64,000 bases of DNA from Bacillota bacterium (GCA_038562375.1 JBCFAY010000006.1:31658-95657), one strand, 5' to 3'. Shown: positions 17,752-27,915, counted from the first letter of the stretch. Program-made: numbers and translations. Notes: generated by a model from the letters alone, not told the origin.

Positions 17752-19173
17752 ATGAAAAAGATAATAATTATGGTGTTGACGATGGTGTTGTTGCTCGTCA
17801 CGCCTGTGCAATCGGCGCTAGCACAGGGAGCGCTGTCCATTCAGGATATCGTAGGTACTTACGAAGTAAGGATGTCCGGAGAACTGCACTTTGCAGAAGG
17901 AAACACTACAACATGGACGATTACGCCCACCGGACTTATCGGCTTTTTTGTCAATGGAGACGAACTTCCATACTCCTGGTCCGACGATACGCTGAGTTTA
18001 GTTTACACCTCGAACGTTGAGGACGTAGTTACATGGAAGACGGTAATAACTATAAAGTTTACATCAACTGTTGACGGCATCACGGGGCAGGGAACGGTTG
18101 ATACAACGCAAACGTATGAAAATGGCGATTCTCAGGAGGACAAAGCGCAGATCACGTTGAAAAAGACAGACGCGTCGGTCACGTCAGTGCCGCAGGCCAC
18201 GTCCGATATAACTCAGGAACCAAGCGAGGAACCAGAGGAAACCGATGAACCCGAAGAAACTGTTGAACCACAGGCTACGCCTTCCAAGACGCAGCTTCCC
18301 GATTCAGGTGCAGCGTTCAGCGACCTGTCCGGCCAGGTGGAGGTGTTGATCCCGACCGGGTATGACGCCAATGGCAAGCCGGAGTGGGATGAGGAAGCAT
18401 GGACTTTCGCCAAGCTGGATATGCCGCTTCCGGAAGGAACAAGAATCAAAACAAGCGATAGAAGCTCGGTTGTTTTGTCTTTCGCTGATATGACTACATT
18501 CGTCATGAAACCGGAATCGGAAATATATCTGTCAAAACCAGAGGCTGGGGCGGGTCCATTTAGACTTTTAATTGGTAACCTATGGGTAAATATGAAAAAG
18601 GGAATCATAGACGGTACCATGGACATTGAGATGTCTCAGGCAGCTTCTGGCATTAAGGGCACAACGTTCGTGCTGGAGGACAACGGCGAAACCTCTACCT
18701 TAAAGGTGATCGAAGGAACGGTAGAATTCACTTCCAAGGCCACCGGCGAATCCGTGATGGTCAAGGGCGGCGAAACGGTGAGCGCAACGGCGGATGGCTT
18801 GGGTGAAGTAAAGACGTTCGACGCAAACGCGGAGATGGCGGACTGGGCGGAATACGGTGCAAAAATGCCCGCAGAAGGATTTCCACTTTGGGCCATTGTT
18901 GCGATAGGTGTAGGCGCGCTGCTTGTGATGGGTATTATACTTGTTGTCATTATATCTAATAGAAAAAAGCGTAAAAGTATTCGCGTTGCTGGAATGTCAC
19001 CGACGTACACGCAAAGTCCACAACAACACGATCCAATAGTATATCCGCCTAATCAAAGTGAACAGACTACCAGTGGATCACAGCCGATCCATCCCTCTTT
19101 TTGCACACAGTGCGGTTCACGAATGGAGCCAAACGCGGCATTCTGCCCATCCTGCGGTAAGAAAGCGAACTGA
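17752..19173 (+). CDS. Moron: secreted/membrane protein with a FecR-type domain, one TM helix and a C-terminal zinc ribbon
   Basis: Signal peptide 'MKKIIIMVLTMVLLLVTPVQSALA', acidic E/P/T linker, FecR-like 'SGQVEVL...TRIKTSDRSSVVLSFADMTTFVMKPESEIYL...GTTFVLE...VIEGTVEF', TM 'FPLWAIVAIGVGALLVMGIILVVII', and 'CTQCGSRMEPNAAFCPSCG'. Confidence 0.7.
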   Translation: MKKIIIMVLTMVLLLVTPVQSALAQGALSIQDIVGTYEVRMSGELHFAEGNTTTWTITPTGLIGFFVNGDELPYSWSDDTLSLVYTSNVEDVVTWKTVITIKFTSTVDGITGQGTVDTTQTYENGDSQEDKAQITLKKTDASVTSVPQATSDITQEPSEEPEETDEPEETVEPQATPSKTQLPDSGAAFSDLSGQVEVLIPTGYDANGKPEWDEEAWTFAKLDMPLPEGTRIKTSDRSSVVLSFADMTTFVMKPESEIYLSKPEAGAGPFRLLIGNLWVNMKKGIIDGTMDIEMSQAASGIKGTTFVLEDNGETSTLKVIEGTVEFTSKATGESVMVKGGETVSATADGLGEVKTFDANAEMADWAEYGAKMPAEGFPLWAIVAIGVGALLVMGIILVVIISNRKKRKSIRVAGMSPTYTQSPQQHDPIVYPPNQSEQTTSGSQPIHPSFCTQCGSRMEPNAAFCPSCGKKAN

Positions 19174-19231
19174 ACTTTCAATTTGCGAGGGTATATCTAA
19201 CAATTAATAACAATTAGGAAAAAAGATAGAA

Positions 19232-19256
19232 AGGGAGCATAGCCGCTCTCTTTTTG
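19232..19256 (+). terminator. Hairpin plus T-run after the moron
   Basis: GGGAGC, loop ATAGCC, GCTCTC, then TTTTT. Confidence 0.5.
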
Positions 19257-19280
19257 ATTACCCTGAAAGGAAACGATGCA

Positions 19281-20135
19281 ATGCACAGAAGGCTCTATTT
19301 AGAGAACGGACAGAACCAGCGGTTTAACCTGCAGGACTTAAAGAACAGCGCCCTGCTCGTCTCGCCCGCCGGGTTGGGCCTTTCCATGTCGCGTGGGTAT
19401 GAGTTGACCGGAGATGCGGCGCGGGCGGTCAGCGAAGTGTATCCGCTCCGCTCGTTCACCGGCGTGATCGTTTTTAACGGAACACGGGCATATGACGGGT
19501 ATCGCGCGCTGGTCAATTTCATCGCCGCCTCGGATATAATGAGGCTCGTGTACGCGCCGGGGTATGAAACCGCGAGCGGCGAATTCCTCGCGGACGCCGA
19601 GGTGGAGAGCGTCGCAAAAAGCGAGATCAAAGGCGGCCGGATGGAATGCGACGTTTCCATTACCTTAAAGGGCGCCTGGTATAAGCGTGAAAGCCTTCGG
19701 GTGGTTGCAGAAAAAACAGGCGAGGAGCTCCGGTATGACCGGATGTACGAATATGCCTACAGCGATGTTTCCACCGACGCCATCGAGATTTACAACGACG
19801 GACATTTTGAAGCGCCGGTCATGCTCGAAGCCGAAGGAGAACTGGTCAACCCCCGGCTGTCGCTGTATGTGAACGGAGTGCTTCGTTCTCAGTTGGCGGT
19901 GACGGCGGTGATCGAAACCGGGGAAACGCTGGTGTTCTGTACGAAGGACGACGAGCTTACGCTTATGAAGCGGCTGCCGGATGGCGGCGAGGAGAGCCTG
20001 ATCGGCTGTGTCTCGGTCGAGAACGACAACTTCTTTAAATTGCCGAAAGGGCTTTCAACGCTCAACCTGAGCGCGGACAACGAGATCAGTTCAAAGTCCG
20101 TCATTACGGTGTTTACGGCATACAAGGCGGTGTAA
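19281..20135 (+). CDS. Distal tail protein (Dit, Sipho_tail-like)
   Basis: First structural gene after the tape measure/moron, ~285 aa. 'IEIYNDGHFEAPVMLEAEGELVNPRLSL' is the typical pattern. The start could instead be 19254. Confidence 0.65.
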   Translation: MHRRLYLENGQNQRFNLQDLKNSALLVSPAGLGLSMSRGYELTGDAARAVSEVYPLRSFTGVIVFNGTRAYDGYRALVNFIAASDIMRLVYAPGYETASGEFLADAEVESVAKSEIKGGRMECDVSITLKGAWYKRESLRVVAEKTGEELRYDRMYEYAYSDVSTDAIEIYNDGHFEAPVMLEAEGELVNPRLSLYVNGVLRSQLAVTAVIETGETLVFCTKDDELTLMKRLPDGGEESLIGCVSVENDNFFKLPKGLSTLNLSADNEISSKSVITVFTAYKAV

Positions 20136-20137
20136 TA

Positions 20138-21133
20138 ATGCAGTCATATATCATATCTAAAACAGATTTGAAGGTAAAGCACGCGGCTGCTCTCGTTCGT
20201 TATGAAATCAGCGAGGACGCGACTGCCGCTGCGCAGAGTGGGTTCACCTTTGCGTCTGCCCCGAACGCGGTTGCGGGCGATTACATTCTGCTCAGAGGCC
20301 TATATAACGGCATCATATCCGGCGTGGAAACGGATAAAAAGACATCTGCAGTAACGTTACGGGCACTGCCGTTGAGCAGCATATTCTCAAAAAACATCTT
20401 GCTGGGAAGCGCGGAAGCAGTTGCTGAAAACTATATCTCATCTGCCATTGATGATAACTTCGTGTCGTCAGGCGATGCTTTAACGGATATACCGTATATT
20501 GCGACAGCGGCAATAACCCAGACAGCGCTGGGAATCACGCCGCATAATGACAACGGAATATATAACCTGGACACGTTCCTGCGGTATGTCGCCAACCGGC
20601 ATCACATATTTACGGATTTTGAGATAACAGCTGATTCGCTGAACGTTAGCATTGAGAACCGAAATCCACCCCAGCGAATGATCGACGCGACCGTAGCGGA
20701 TGTGCTGACGCTCAGCGAAACGGTGATTTCTGAATGCGTCTCGAAGGTCATGGTGAAAACATCAGCTGGGGTAACGACATATTACCTGTTCGAGGACGGT
20801 AGCTACGGTACAAACCCCGGAGCTGGTACCCGGATGCCGGGTAAAACAGATACGGTTTACTGCGAGAACGCGGTTGACGCGGAAAGAACAGTTGGGGACG
20901 TGTTTGCCAAGAACAAATTCAGCCACCTGATTGAAGCGGAAATCCTATCGGAATCAAGGCTGTACGACACCGCCAATATGCGGCTGTACGACCGGGCGCT
21001 AGTTCGAACAAAGACCGGTGTCTACGACACCTACATCAGTTTTATCAGCAGAAAGAGCGCCGCTAAAACGGTGCTTTTTAAGTTCGGGGACGCGAAGTTG
21101 ACGCTCACCGACAAACTCAAGGGAGGGATTTGA
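20138..21133 (+). CDS. Tail tip / baseplate protein (Tal-slot)
   Basis: 331 aa, 2 nt after the Dit stop. Called from position only. Confidence 0.5.
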   Translation: MQSYIISKTDLKVKHAAALVRYEISEDATAAAQSGFTFASAPNAVAGDYILLRGLYNGIISGVETDKKTSAVTLRALPLSSIFSKNILLGSAEAVAENYISSAIDDNFVSSGDALTDIPYIATAAITQTALGITPHNDNGIYNLDTFLRYVANRHHIFTDFEITADSLNVSIENRNPPQRMIDATVADVLTLSETVISECVSKVMVKTSAGVTTYYLFEDGSYGTNPGAGTRMPGKTDTVYCENAVDAERTVGDVFAKNKFSHLIEAEILSESRLYDTANMRLYDRALVRTKTGVYDTYISFISRKSAAKTVLFKFGDAKLTLTDKLKGGI

Positions 21134-21793
21134 TTGTCAATAAGGGCAGTTACTTTCGATAAACAGAAAGTCAAGTCGCAGGACGACGGTCTATGCCACA
21201 CGCTGGCCATGGTGAACAAGTCCTGCGTCATATCCGGCTGTGATGTGGCACAGGATGGTGCATCCGCTGTTAGCATTGATGTCGGTGTGTTCTTTGCCTG
21301 CGGCAGGCTGGTCTATGTCACCTCGACGGAGAGTATCGGTATCCCGTCCGTTCCGGCGGGCCAAACGCTTTACATGCGCGTGGTGTTTGAGGTGAACCTC
21401 AACCAGACCAACACGGAAACCGAGTTCATGCAGGGCAGCTTTAAGGTGCTGACGGATTCCTCCGCATACCCTGCCCTCACTCAGGATGATGTCAACACGG
21501 GCAGCACGTTGCACCAAATGCCGTTCATCAAGCTCCGGGCAGATTCAACAGGGATCATCACCGGCAGTTTTACGGACGAGCGAACGCTGATATATTCAGT
21601 CGCAAGTTTGAAACAGGATATCGACGGCAAAGCGGATGCCAATCATACACATACCGCGCTGGCAGCGCTTGAGGTTACAGGCAACGTGGGAACGGACGAC
21701 TTACAGGTCGTCAACGTATATATTTATTCCGGCACGACGCCTTCGGTTTCAGGCAAGCCCAACGGAACCCTGTTCGTCAAATACGTGCCTTAA
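21134..21793 (+). CDS. Tail fibre/baseplate-associated protein, unknown family
   Basis: 219 aa, TTG start abutting the previous stop, within the tail tip block. Confidence 0.45.
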   Translation: MSIRAVTFDKQKVKSQDDGLCHTLAMVNKSCVISGCDVAQDGASAVSIDVGVFFACGRLVYVTSTESIGIPSVPAGQTLYMRVVFEVNLNQTNTETEFMQGSFKVLTDSSAYPALTQDDVNTGSTLHQMPFIKLRADSTGIITGSFTDERTLIYSVASLKQDIDGKADANHTHTALAALEVTGNVGTDDLQVVNVYIYSGTTPSVSGKPNGTLFVKYVP

Positions 21794-21806
21794 GGGGGTT
21801 TAAAAC

Positions 21807-22997
21807 ATGGCGGGGCCATTTCGTTCTAACAGTTCAGCAAGCACGACGATGACGGTCAACTTGTCCGTTTGGCGTAACGGGCCGGACAGTCCGTCTACCA
21901 TCGCATACGCCACGGTCAACTGGTCAGCCACACTCGGCAGTGCAACCAGCCTTGGTTCAGGCAGCAACCGGACGCTCTATATCTACAGGTCGGACGGCGC
22001 ACTGCTGGGTAGTGCTGTCATAAAAAACGGTGTTTCATGGAGTTCAAGCACCACATATTCCGGCAGCTTCAATATCAGTTTTGACGCAGGAACGTACAAC
22101 GCTTTTACGTGGGATCTGTATATCCAAACCTCGGCGGAGGGTACGCAGTCCTGCATCTGGACAAACAGGAGCTACTGTACGAACTTTTCTGTCTCCTGGC
22201 CGCTGTATTACAGCTATGCAACGGCGCCAACTTCTTTGTCACTGTCACCTGGCGTATTTGAAAACACGGTGCGGCTGTCGTGGAGCGGCGCCGCGTCAGG
22301 CGTTAACAACGGTATATCAACATACCACTGCTACTATCAGTATTCCGACAATTCCGGCGGTTCGTGGTCGGGAGAAACAGGTGTGGACTCTGGCGGAGCC
22401 GGATACATTGATGTCGATACGGCTTCATGGCCGCGCGGCAGGCTGATTCGCTTCCATGTCTACTCCATTTCAAGCTACAACAACCCTTTGTCGGGGTATT
22501 CGGGTACGGCGGTGAAGAATCGTGTGCCAAACACGCCGACGGGTACGCCCACCACGAATAAAAGTATCTATTCGCCGGGCGAAACGGTCACGGTGACGTT
22601 CACTCCGCCCAGCCCGCGAGACCCGGATTCCGGCACCGCCGGAGACATCGCCGGGTACGAGATGAAGATGCAGGATGCCGCCGGGGCGGATTACAACAGC
22701 GGACAGATCATGGGCACGAACGCGTCCGGGTCGGCCACGACAGTCAGCGTATCCACAACGGGCTGGACAGCGGGGCTGCAATGGAAATTCCTTGTCCGGG
22801 GCTATGACGCGTACGGCGTGCGAGGAAGCTGGTCGGCGGCAACCGCGCTGGTGCTGATCGGCACGCCAATGAAAGTCCTCGTTTCAGGATCGCTCAAGAG
22901 CGTGGCTGAGCAACAGGTGCTGGTGAACGGCGTACTAAAGCAGGTCAGCGAAGTGAAAGTGCTGGTGGACGGCGTATTAAAAAGTTTAACGGTTTAG
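21807..22997 (+). CDS. Putative receptor-binding / tail fibre protein with FN3-like domains
   Basis: Two FN3-like segments ('PTSLSLSPGVFENTVRLSWSGA...', 'PNTPTGTP...VTVTFTPP...GYEMKMQ...WKFLVRGYDAYGVRGSWS'). The C-terminus has 3x 'VLVxGxLK'. Confidence 0.6.
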   Translation: MAGPFRSNSSASTTMTVNLSVWRNGPDSPSTIAYATVNWSATLGSATSLGSGSNRTLYIYRSDGALLGSAVIKNGVSWSSSTTYSGSFNISFDAGTYNAFTWDLYIQTSAEGTQSCIWTNRSYCTNFSVSWPLYYSYATAPTSLSLSPGVFENTVRLSWSGAASGVNNGISTYHCYYQYSDNSGGSWSGETGVDSGGAGYIDVDTASWPRGRLIRFHVYSISSYNNPLSGYSGTAVKNRVPNTPTGTPTTNKSIYSPGETVTVTFTPPSPRDPDSGTAGDIAGYEMKMQDAAGADYNSGQIMGTNASGSATTVSVSTTGWTAGLQWKFLVRGYDAYGVRGSWSAATALVLIGTPMKVLVSGSLKSVAEQQVLVNGVLKQVSEVKVLVDGVLKSLTV

Positions 22998-23009
22998 GGG
23001 GAAAGAGAT

Positions 23010-23336
23010 TTGCTTGAATTTATAACTCAATACTGGCTGGAAGCCCTGTTCGGATTAATCCTGACAGGGCTTTCGCTTTTCGTGCGGCATTTGTTCCGGG
23101 ATGCCAAAAACGCACGGTGCGCCGCGGATGCGGTACAGGCCGGTATTCGGTGCATGCTGCGCGACCGGATTATCCGCTGCTATGAGGACTATATCGGGCT
23201 GGGCTGCTGCCCTTTGTCCGTCCGTGAAAGTACGCAGGAAATGCACACGGCGTACAAGGCGCTGGGCGGCAACGGTGCGGTCGACCATATCATCGTGGAA
23301 CTGAACGAACTGCCTACGATTAAAAAGGAGGAGTGA
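23010..23336 (+). CDS. Phage membrane protein (possible holin/lysis accessory)
   Basis: One N-terminal TM '[18 protein letters not shown]', directly upstream of the endolysin. Confidence 0.4.
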   Translation: MLEFITQYWLEALFGLILTGLSLFVRHLFRDAKNARCAADAVQAGIRCMLRDRIIRCYEDYIGLGCCPLSVRESTQEMHTAYKALGGNGAVDHIIVELNELPTIKKEE

Positions 23337-23340
23337 ACGA

Positions 23341-24057
23341 ATGAACAACAATGAACTGGTACGGGGAATCCTGAAAATGGCCGGTTTTGATAACCCGGCT
23401 GAGAAAGACACCGGCGGAATCACTTATCAAAAAGACCGCTGGGGGTATGTGCTGGGCGGCCAGGGTGAACTGTACACTGAGGAACTAGCGAAGAAGTGGG
23501 CAAGCATTAAGCGGTCGGGAAAGACATCCGCATACTTTCTGACGAGCGCGAAACAGTGGTATTCGCCGCCCCGGCGCATCGTGGACTGCTCGGGTCTCAT
23601 TGTGCAGGCGATCCGAGCGCTTATACCCGATTACACCGACAGGAGTGCAAACACCTTCAAGGCGCAGTTTACAAAATCAGGGGCAATCGCCGCTATCCCT
23701 GAAACGGCGGGTCTCGCGGTCTGGAAGGACGGGCATATCGGCATCTATCTGGGTAACGGCAAAGTCTGCGAAAGCCGGGGTGTCGCCTACGGTGTTGTGA
23801 TCTCCGATCTCAAAACGCAGAAATGGACGCATTACGGAAAAATCAAGGGCGTGGAATATGACGACTCGTATGTTGTGTTCAAAAAGGAAACCACTCCCGT
23901 GACGTTTGAGGTCTACACGGTGAAAAAGGGCGACACGCTTTGGGGTATCGCGAAGAAATATGGGACGACCGTTGCTGCGCTTGCTATGCTGAACAACCTG
24001 AAAAACCCGTCGCTTATTTTCGCGGGACAGAAAATAAAAATCAAGGAGGAAAAGTAA
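23341..24057 (+). CDS. Endolysin: NlpC/P60 (C40) peptidase plus LysM
   Basis: Catalytic '[10 protein letters not shown]' and '[10 protein letters not shown]'. C-terminal LysM '[29 protein letters not shown]'. Confidence 0.9.
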   Translation: MNNNELVRGILKMAGFDNPAEKDTGGITYQKDRWGYVLGGQGELYTEELAKKWASIKRSGKTSAYFLTSAKQWYSPPRRIVDCSGLIVQAIRALIPDYTDRSANTFKAQFTKSGAIAAIPETAGLAVWKDGHIGIYLGNGKVCESRGVAYGVVISDLKTQKWTHYGKIKGVEYDDSYVVFKKETTPVTFEVYTVKKGDTLWGIAKKYGTTVAALAMLNNLKNPSLIFAGQKIKIKEEK

Positions 24058-24240
24058 ATGGATCAGTCAAGGTGGAAAAGCCCGGTGGCATGGAGCGCGC
24101 TTGCGGCGCTTCTTTTTTTCGTGGTCAAGACGTGGTTCGGGTTTGAAATACCCGGTTGGGATCAGTTCATATCGCTGGTTATAGCCGCCGGTGTGGCGTT
24201 CGGTATTTTCAACAACCCGACGGACAAGACGGGATACTGA
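24058..24240 (+). CDS. Holin
   Basis: 60 aa with two TM helices; the start abuts the endolysin stop. Confidence 0.7.
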   Translation: MDQSRWKSPVAWSALAALLFFVVKTWFGFEIPGWDQFISLVIAAGVAFGIFNNPTDKTGY

Positions 24241-24332
24241 ACCCTTCGCTAAGATGGTAAAGTCGGCCTTATTCTGTCAATACGGTTGGCTTCAGTGATG
24301 ATTTCATCAAACATTGCAAATAACAAACAGCT

Positions 24333-24375
24333 AATGCCTATCGAGAGATTCGTCTTTCGGTAGGCATTATTTTTA
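24333..24375 (+). terminator. Rho-independent terminator of the lysis cassette
   Basis: ~16-bp imperfect stem AATGCCTATCGAGAGA/TCTTTCGGTAGGCATT, then a T-rich tract. Confidence 0.7.
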
Positions 24376-24454
24376 TACTGATTTTTCGTTCAAATGGTCT
24401 GATCACCTCCATTGGGTAGTGAGGACGGGATGTTCTCGGACTGGAGGACAAGTG

Positions 24455-24841
24455 ATGACAAACGAACAAAAAGAGAAAATTACCTCTATGCGGGAGAATG
24501 GCTGCGGTTATTTAAAAATAGCAAAGGCCATCGGTGTTTCAGAAAATACAGTTAAGTCATACTGCCGCAGACAAAGAGCTACCGATATTACAGAAGAAAT
24601 CCATTCTTGTGCGCAATGCGGCAAGTCTATTGATAAAAATAAACGCAGCAGCAGGCGGTTCTGCTCTGATGCCTGCAGAATCAACTGGTGGAACAAGCAC
24701 CCGAAAACTAAAATGCCATATACAGCACATTGCGCCTGCTGCGGTAATGAAATACAGATGCGCCGAAAAAATGAGCGCAAGTACTGCTCCCACCGCTGCT
24801 ACATTACCGCTCGTTATAAGGACGGTGGCGGCAATGACTGA
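24455..24841 (+). CDS. HTH (sigma-70 region-4-like) protein with two FCS/YacG-like zinc ribbons
   Basis: 'GCGYLKIAKAIGVSENTVKSYCRR' HTH. 'CAQCG-x13-FCSDACRINWW' and 'CACCG-x12-YCSHRC'. GGAGGA is 6 nt before the ATG. Confidence 0.7.
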   Translation: MTNEQKEKITSMRENGCGYLKIAKAIGVSENTVKSYCRRQRATDITEEIHSCAQCGKSIDKNKRSSRRFCSDACRINWWNKHPKTKMPYTAHCACCGNEIQMRRKNERKYCSHRCYITARYKDGGGND

Positions 24842-25061
24842 TGTTACAAAAATACAGGACTATCAGTCCGCCATGTCGCAAGCGCGAAATATGCTTGAAA
24901 AAGGTATCATCGATAAGGCTGACATTGTATTAATCGAGAACAAATTAGCCGGGCAATACGGGCTTGAATTCGGAAGTATATATCGCGAAATTGACTTGAT
25001 AAGTGTGACTTATAGAGCGAACATGGTGTGCAAGGAGGTGATAAAATGCCAGGGACAATAA
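24834..25061 (+). CDS. Small helical protein upstream of the recombinases (unknown; RDF candidate)
   Basis: 75 aa. The start overlaps the previous stop and the end overlaps the recombinase start. Confidence 0.45.
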   Translation: MTDVTKIQDYQSAMSQARNMLEKGIIDKADIVLIENKLAGQYGLEFGSIYREIDLISVTYRANMVCKEVIKCQGQ

Positions 25062-26344
25062 GAAAAATGCCGCAAAAGCCACGGCTGGAGCAGCCCAAAA
25101 AGGTCGCCGCCTATGCTCGTGTGTCCACGGGAAAGGACGCGATGCTCCACTCGCTGTCATCACAGGTCAGCTACTATAGCAAATTTATACAAGGTCACGA
25201 GGGCTGGCTGTATGTTGGCGTTTATTCGGATGAAGCAGTGACCGGCACGAAAGACGGCCGGGACGGGTTTCAAAGACTTCTCGCCGATTGCCGTTTCGGA
25301 AAGGTGAATATGATACTGACCAAGTCCATCTCCCGCTTCGCTCGTAATACAGTGACTTTGCTGGAAACCGTCCGTGAGCTGAAAGCGATTGAGGTGGACA
25401 TTTTTTTCGAGGAGCAGAACATCCACACGATGAGCGCCGAGGGCGAACTGATGCTGACCATCCTCGCCTCCTACGCGCAGGAAGAGAGCTTGTCCGCAAG
25501 CGAAAATCAGAAATGGCGGGTCAGAAAGGGCTTTGAAAATGGCGAACTGCTCAACTGGCGGTTCCTGTTCGGATACCGCATCGCAAAAGACAAGATCGAG
25601 GTTGATGAGGATACAGCGCCGATTGTGCATGAAATATTTAATCGCGTCATTGCCGGGGATACTTTCGGCGTTATCAGCAGGGATTTGAATAGACGCGGCA
25701 TCCCCGGTACGCTCGGCGGCAAATGGTGTGTTCATCGTATCCGCAATATTGTCAGCAATGAAAAATACACAGGCGGCGCCCTGCTCCAAAAACACTACCG
25801 CAACAATCATTTGGAGAAGAAAATATGTGTGAATACAGGCGAACTGCCGATGTTTTACGCCGAGGATACGCATCCATGCATCATCGATAAGGACACTTTC
25901 GAAGCGGCACGGGCGGTCTTACAGAGAATGCGCGAAGCAACCAAAGGCAGACCACACCCACAGAAAAGTGAATTCACGGGTAAAATCTACTGCCCATTCT
26001 GCGGTAAAAATTACAAGCGCAACACAAGCAACGGCTCAGTTGGCTGGAATTGCTCCACTTATCTGGAACAGGGTAAAGCCAGCTGCCACGGTAAAAAGAT
26101 ACCCGAAACCACGCTCCGAGCGGTTTGCGCTGAGGTGCTCGGCATTGACGATTATGACGCTGCTGTATTTGACGCTCAGATTGACCGAATTGAAGTGCCG
26201 GAGCATAACCGCCTGCGGTATGTTTTCAAGGACGGAAGCAACATTGAGCGCACATGGGTAGACCGCTCGCGGCGGGAAAGTTGGACTGCGGAAATGCGGC
26301 AGGCCGCATCAGATAGAACGCAACGGCAAAGGAGGAAAAATTAA
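25046..26344 (+). CDS. Large serine recombinase 1
   Basis: 'AAYARVSTGKD' catalytic Ser, 'ILTKSISRFARN', recombinase domain, zinc ribbon 'CPFCGKNYKR...WNCSTY'. AAGGAGG lies before the ATG at 25046. Confidence 0.9.
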   Translation: MPGTIRKMPQKPRLEQPKKVAAYARVSTGKDAMLHSLSSQVSYYSKFIQGHEGWLYVGVYSDEAVTGTKDGRDGFQRLLADCRFGKVNMILTKSISRFARNTVTLLETVRELKAIEVDIFFEEQNIHTMSAEGELMLTILASYAQEESLSASENQKWRVRKGFENGELLNWRFLFGYRIAKDKIEVDEDTAPIVHEIFNRVIAGDTFGVISRDLNRRGIPGTLGGKWCVHRIRNIVSNEKYTGGALLQKHYRNNHLEKKICVNTGELPMFYAEDTHPCIIDKDTFEAARAVLQRMREATKGRPHPQKSEFTGKIYCPFCGKNYKRNTSNGSVGWNCSTYLEQGKASCHGKKIPETTLRAVCAEVLGIDDYDAAVFDAQIDRIEVPEHNRLRYVFKDGSNIERTWVDRSRRESWTAEMRQAASDRTQRQRRKN

Positions 26345-27915
26345 TGCCAAGAATAACGACAATACCAGCGACAAAAAACAAATTCACGGCTCTGCCGACG
26401 GCATCCATCGCCAAGCGGCGCACTGCCGGATACGCCCGTGTATCCACGGACAGCGACGAACAGTTCACCAGCTACGAAGCGCAAATCGACTATTATACGA
26501 AACTCATCACCGCCCGTGAGGACTGGGAGTTTGTTGACGTCTACACCGACGAGGGCATCTCGGCACTGAACACTAAGCACAGAGATGGCTTCAACCGCAT
26601 GATACAGGATGCCATTAACGGAGAAATTGACCTCATCGTCACAAAATCGGTCAGCCGGTTTGCGAGAAACACCGTTGACAGCCTTGTTACTATCCGAAAG
26701 CTCAAAGAAAAAGGCGTGGAATGCTACTTTGAAAAGGAAAATATTTTCACTTTCGACGGCAAGGGCGAGTTGCTCCTCACCATCATGAGTTCGCTGGCGC
26801 AGGAGGAAAGCCGCTCCATCAGCGAGAACGTAACATGGGGTCAGCGGAAGCGCTTCTCAGACGGTAAAGTCAGCGTCGGCTACTCGCAATTTCTTGGCTT
26901 TGAAAAGGGCGAGGATGGAAACCTCAAAGTAGTGCCAGAGCAAGCGGAAACCGTGCGGCTCATCTACAAGTTGTTCCTTGAGGGCAAAACCACGCAGGGC
27001 ATTGCGAATTTCCTTATGGAACACGATATTTTAAGCCCTGCTGGAAAGCAAACCTGGCGCTCCTCTACGATTTCAAGCATCCTCAGCAATGAAAAATATA
27101 AAGGCGATGCATTGTTGCAAAAACGCTTTACCGCAGATTTTTTGACAAAAGAACTCCGTGTTAATAACGGCGAGGTGCCGCAATATTATGTAGAGGGTTC
27201 GCACAAAGCCATTATTGCACCGGAGGAATTTCAAGCGGTGCAGGAAGAATTGGCAAGGCGAAAAGAACTCGGCAGAGCCTACAGCGACAAGGCTTTTCAC
27301 AGCAAAATCATCTGCGGCGACTGCGGCGGATTTTACGGTCGTAAGGTCTGGCACTCCACGGACGAATACAAGAGCGTGATATTCCAGTGCAACCGGAAAT
27401 TTAATAATTCTGATAGATGCAGAACGCCTAAATTGACCGAGGAAGAAATCAAAAAACGTTTTCTTGCCGCCTATAATGAGTTGATGGGCAGCCGCGAAAC
27501 CGTGCTTGCCGACTGTGAGCTTATACGGCAAGCGCTCTGCGACACCTCGGCACTTGAAACCGAAATTCAGCGGGAGCACGACGAAATGACTGTCGCGTCT
27601 GAACTCATGAAAGCGCATATCAAAAAGAACGCCTCGTTCGCCCAGTCGCAGGAAGCCTACATACTGGAAGCCGGGCGTATTGAGGAACGCTATAACGCCG
27701 CCTTGGAACATTACACTGCCCTCGAAGCGGAAAAAGATAAGCGAAATCGCAAAAACAAGGAACTGGAAACCTTCATAGCAATGCTGAAGAAGCATCCGTT
27801 GGTAGTAGACGAGTGGGATGAGCGGCTCTGGATTACGCTACTGGATACAGCAACGGTACAGCGGGACGGCAAGATTGTCTTCCACTTCAAAAGTGGTGCG
27901 GAGATAACGGCATAG
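26344..27915 (+). CDS. Large serine recombinase 2 (TndX/DUF4368-like C-terminus)
   Basis: 'AGYARVSTDSDEQ', 'VTKSVSRFARN', 'CGDCGGFYGRKVWH...FQCNRK', C-terminal coiled coil. The start shares a base with the upstream stop (TAATG). Confidence 0.9.
   Translation: MPRITTIPATKNKFTALPTASIAKRRTAGYARVSTDSDEQFTSYEAQIDYYTKLITAREDWEFVDVYTDEGISALNTKHRDGFNRMIQDAINGEIDLIVTKSVSRFARNTVDSLVTIRKLKEKGVECYFEKENIFTFDGKGELLLTIMSSLAQEESRSISENVTWGQRKRFSDGKVSVGYSQFLGFEKGEDGNLKVVPEQAETVRLIYKLFLEGKTTQGIANFLMEHDILSPAGKQTWRSSTISSILSNEKYKGDALLQKRFTADFLTKELRVNNGEVPQYYVEGSHKAIIAPEEFQAVQEELARRKELGRAYSDKAFHSKIICGDCGGFYGRKVWHSTDEYKSVIFQCNRKFNNSDRCRTPKLTEEEIKKRFLAAYNELMGSRETVLADCELIRQALCDTSALETEIQREHDEMTVASELMKAHIKKNASFAQSQEAYILEAGRIEERYNAALEHYTALEAEKDKRNRKNKELETFIAMLKKHPLVVDEWDERLWITLLDTATVQRDGKIVFHFKSGAEITA

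Noticed and set aside
21807-22997. Diversity-generating retroelement target in the tail fibre gene
   Set aside because: There is no reverse transcriptase gene and no template-repeat copy of the fibre C-terminus anywhere in the window.
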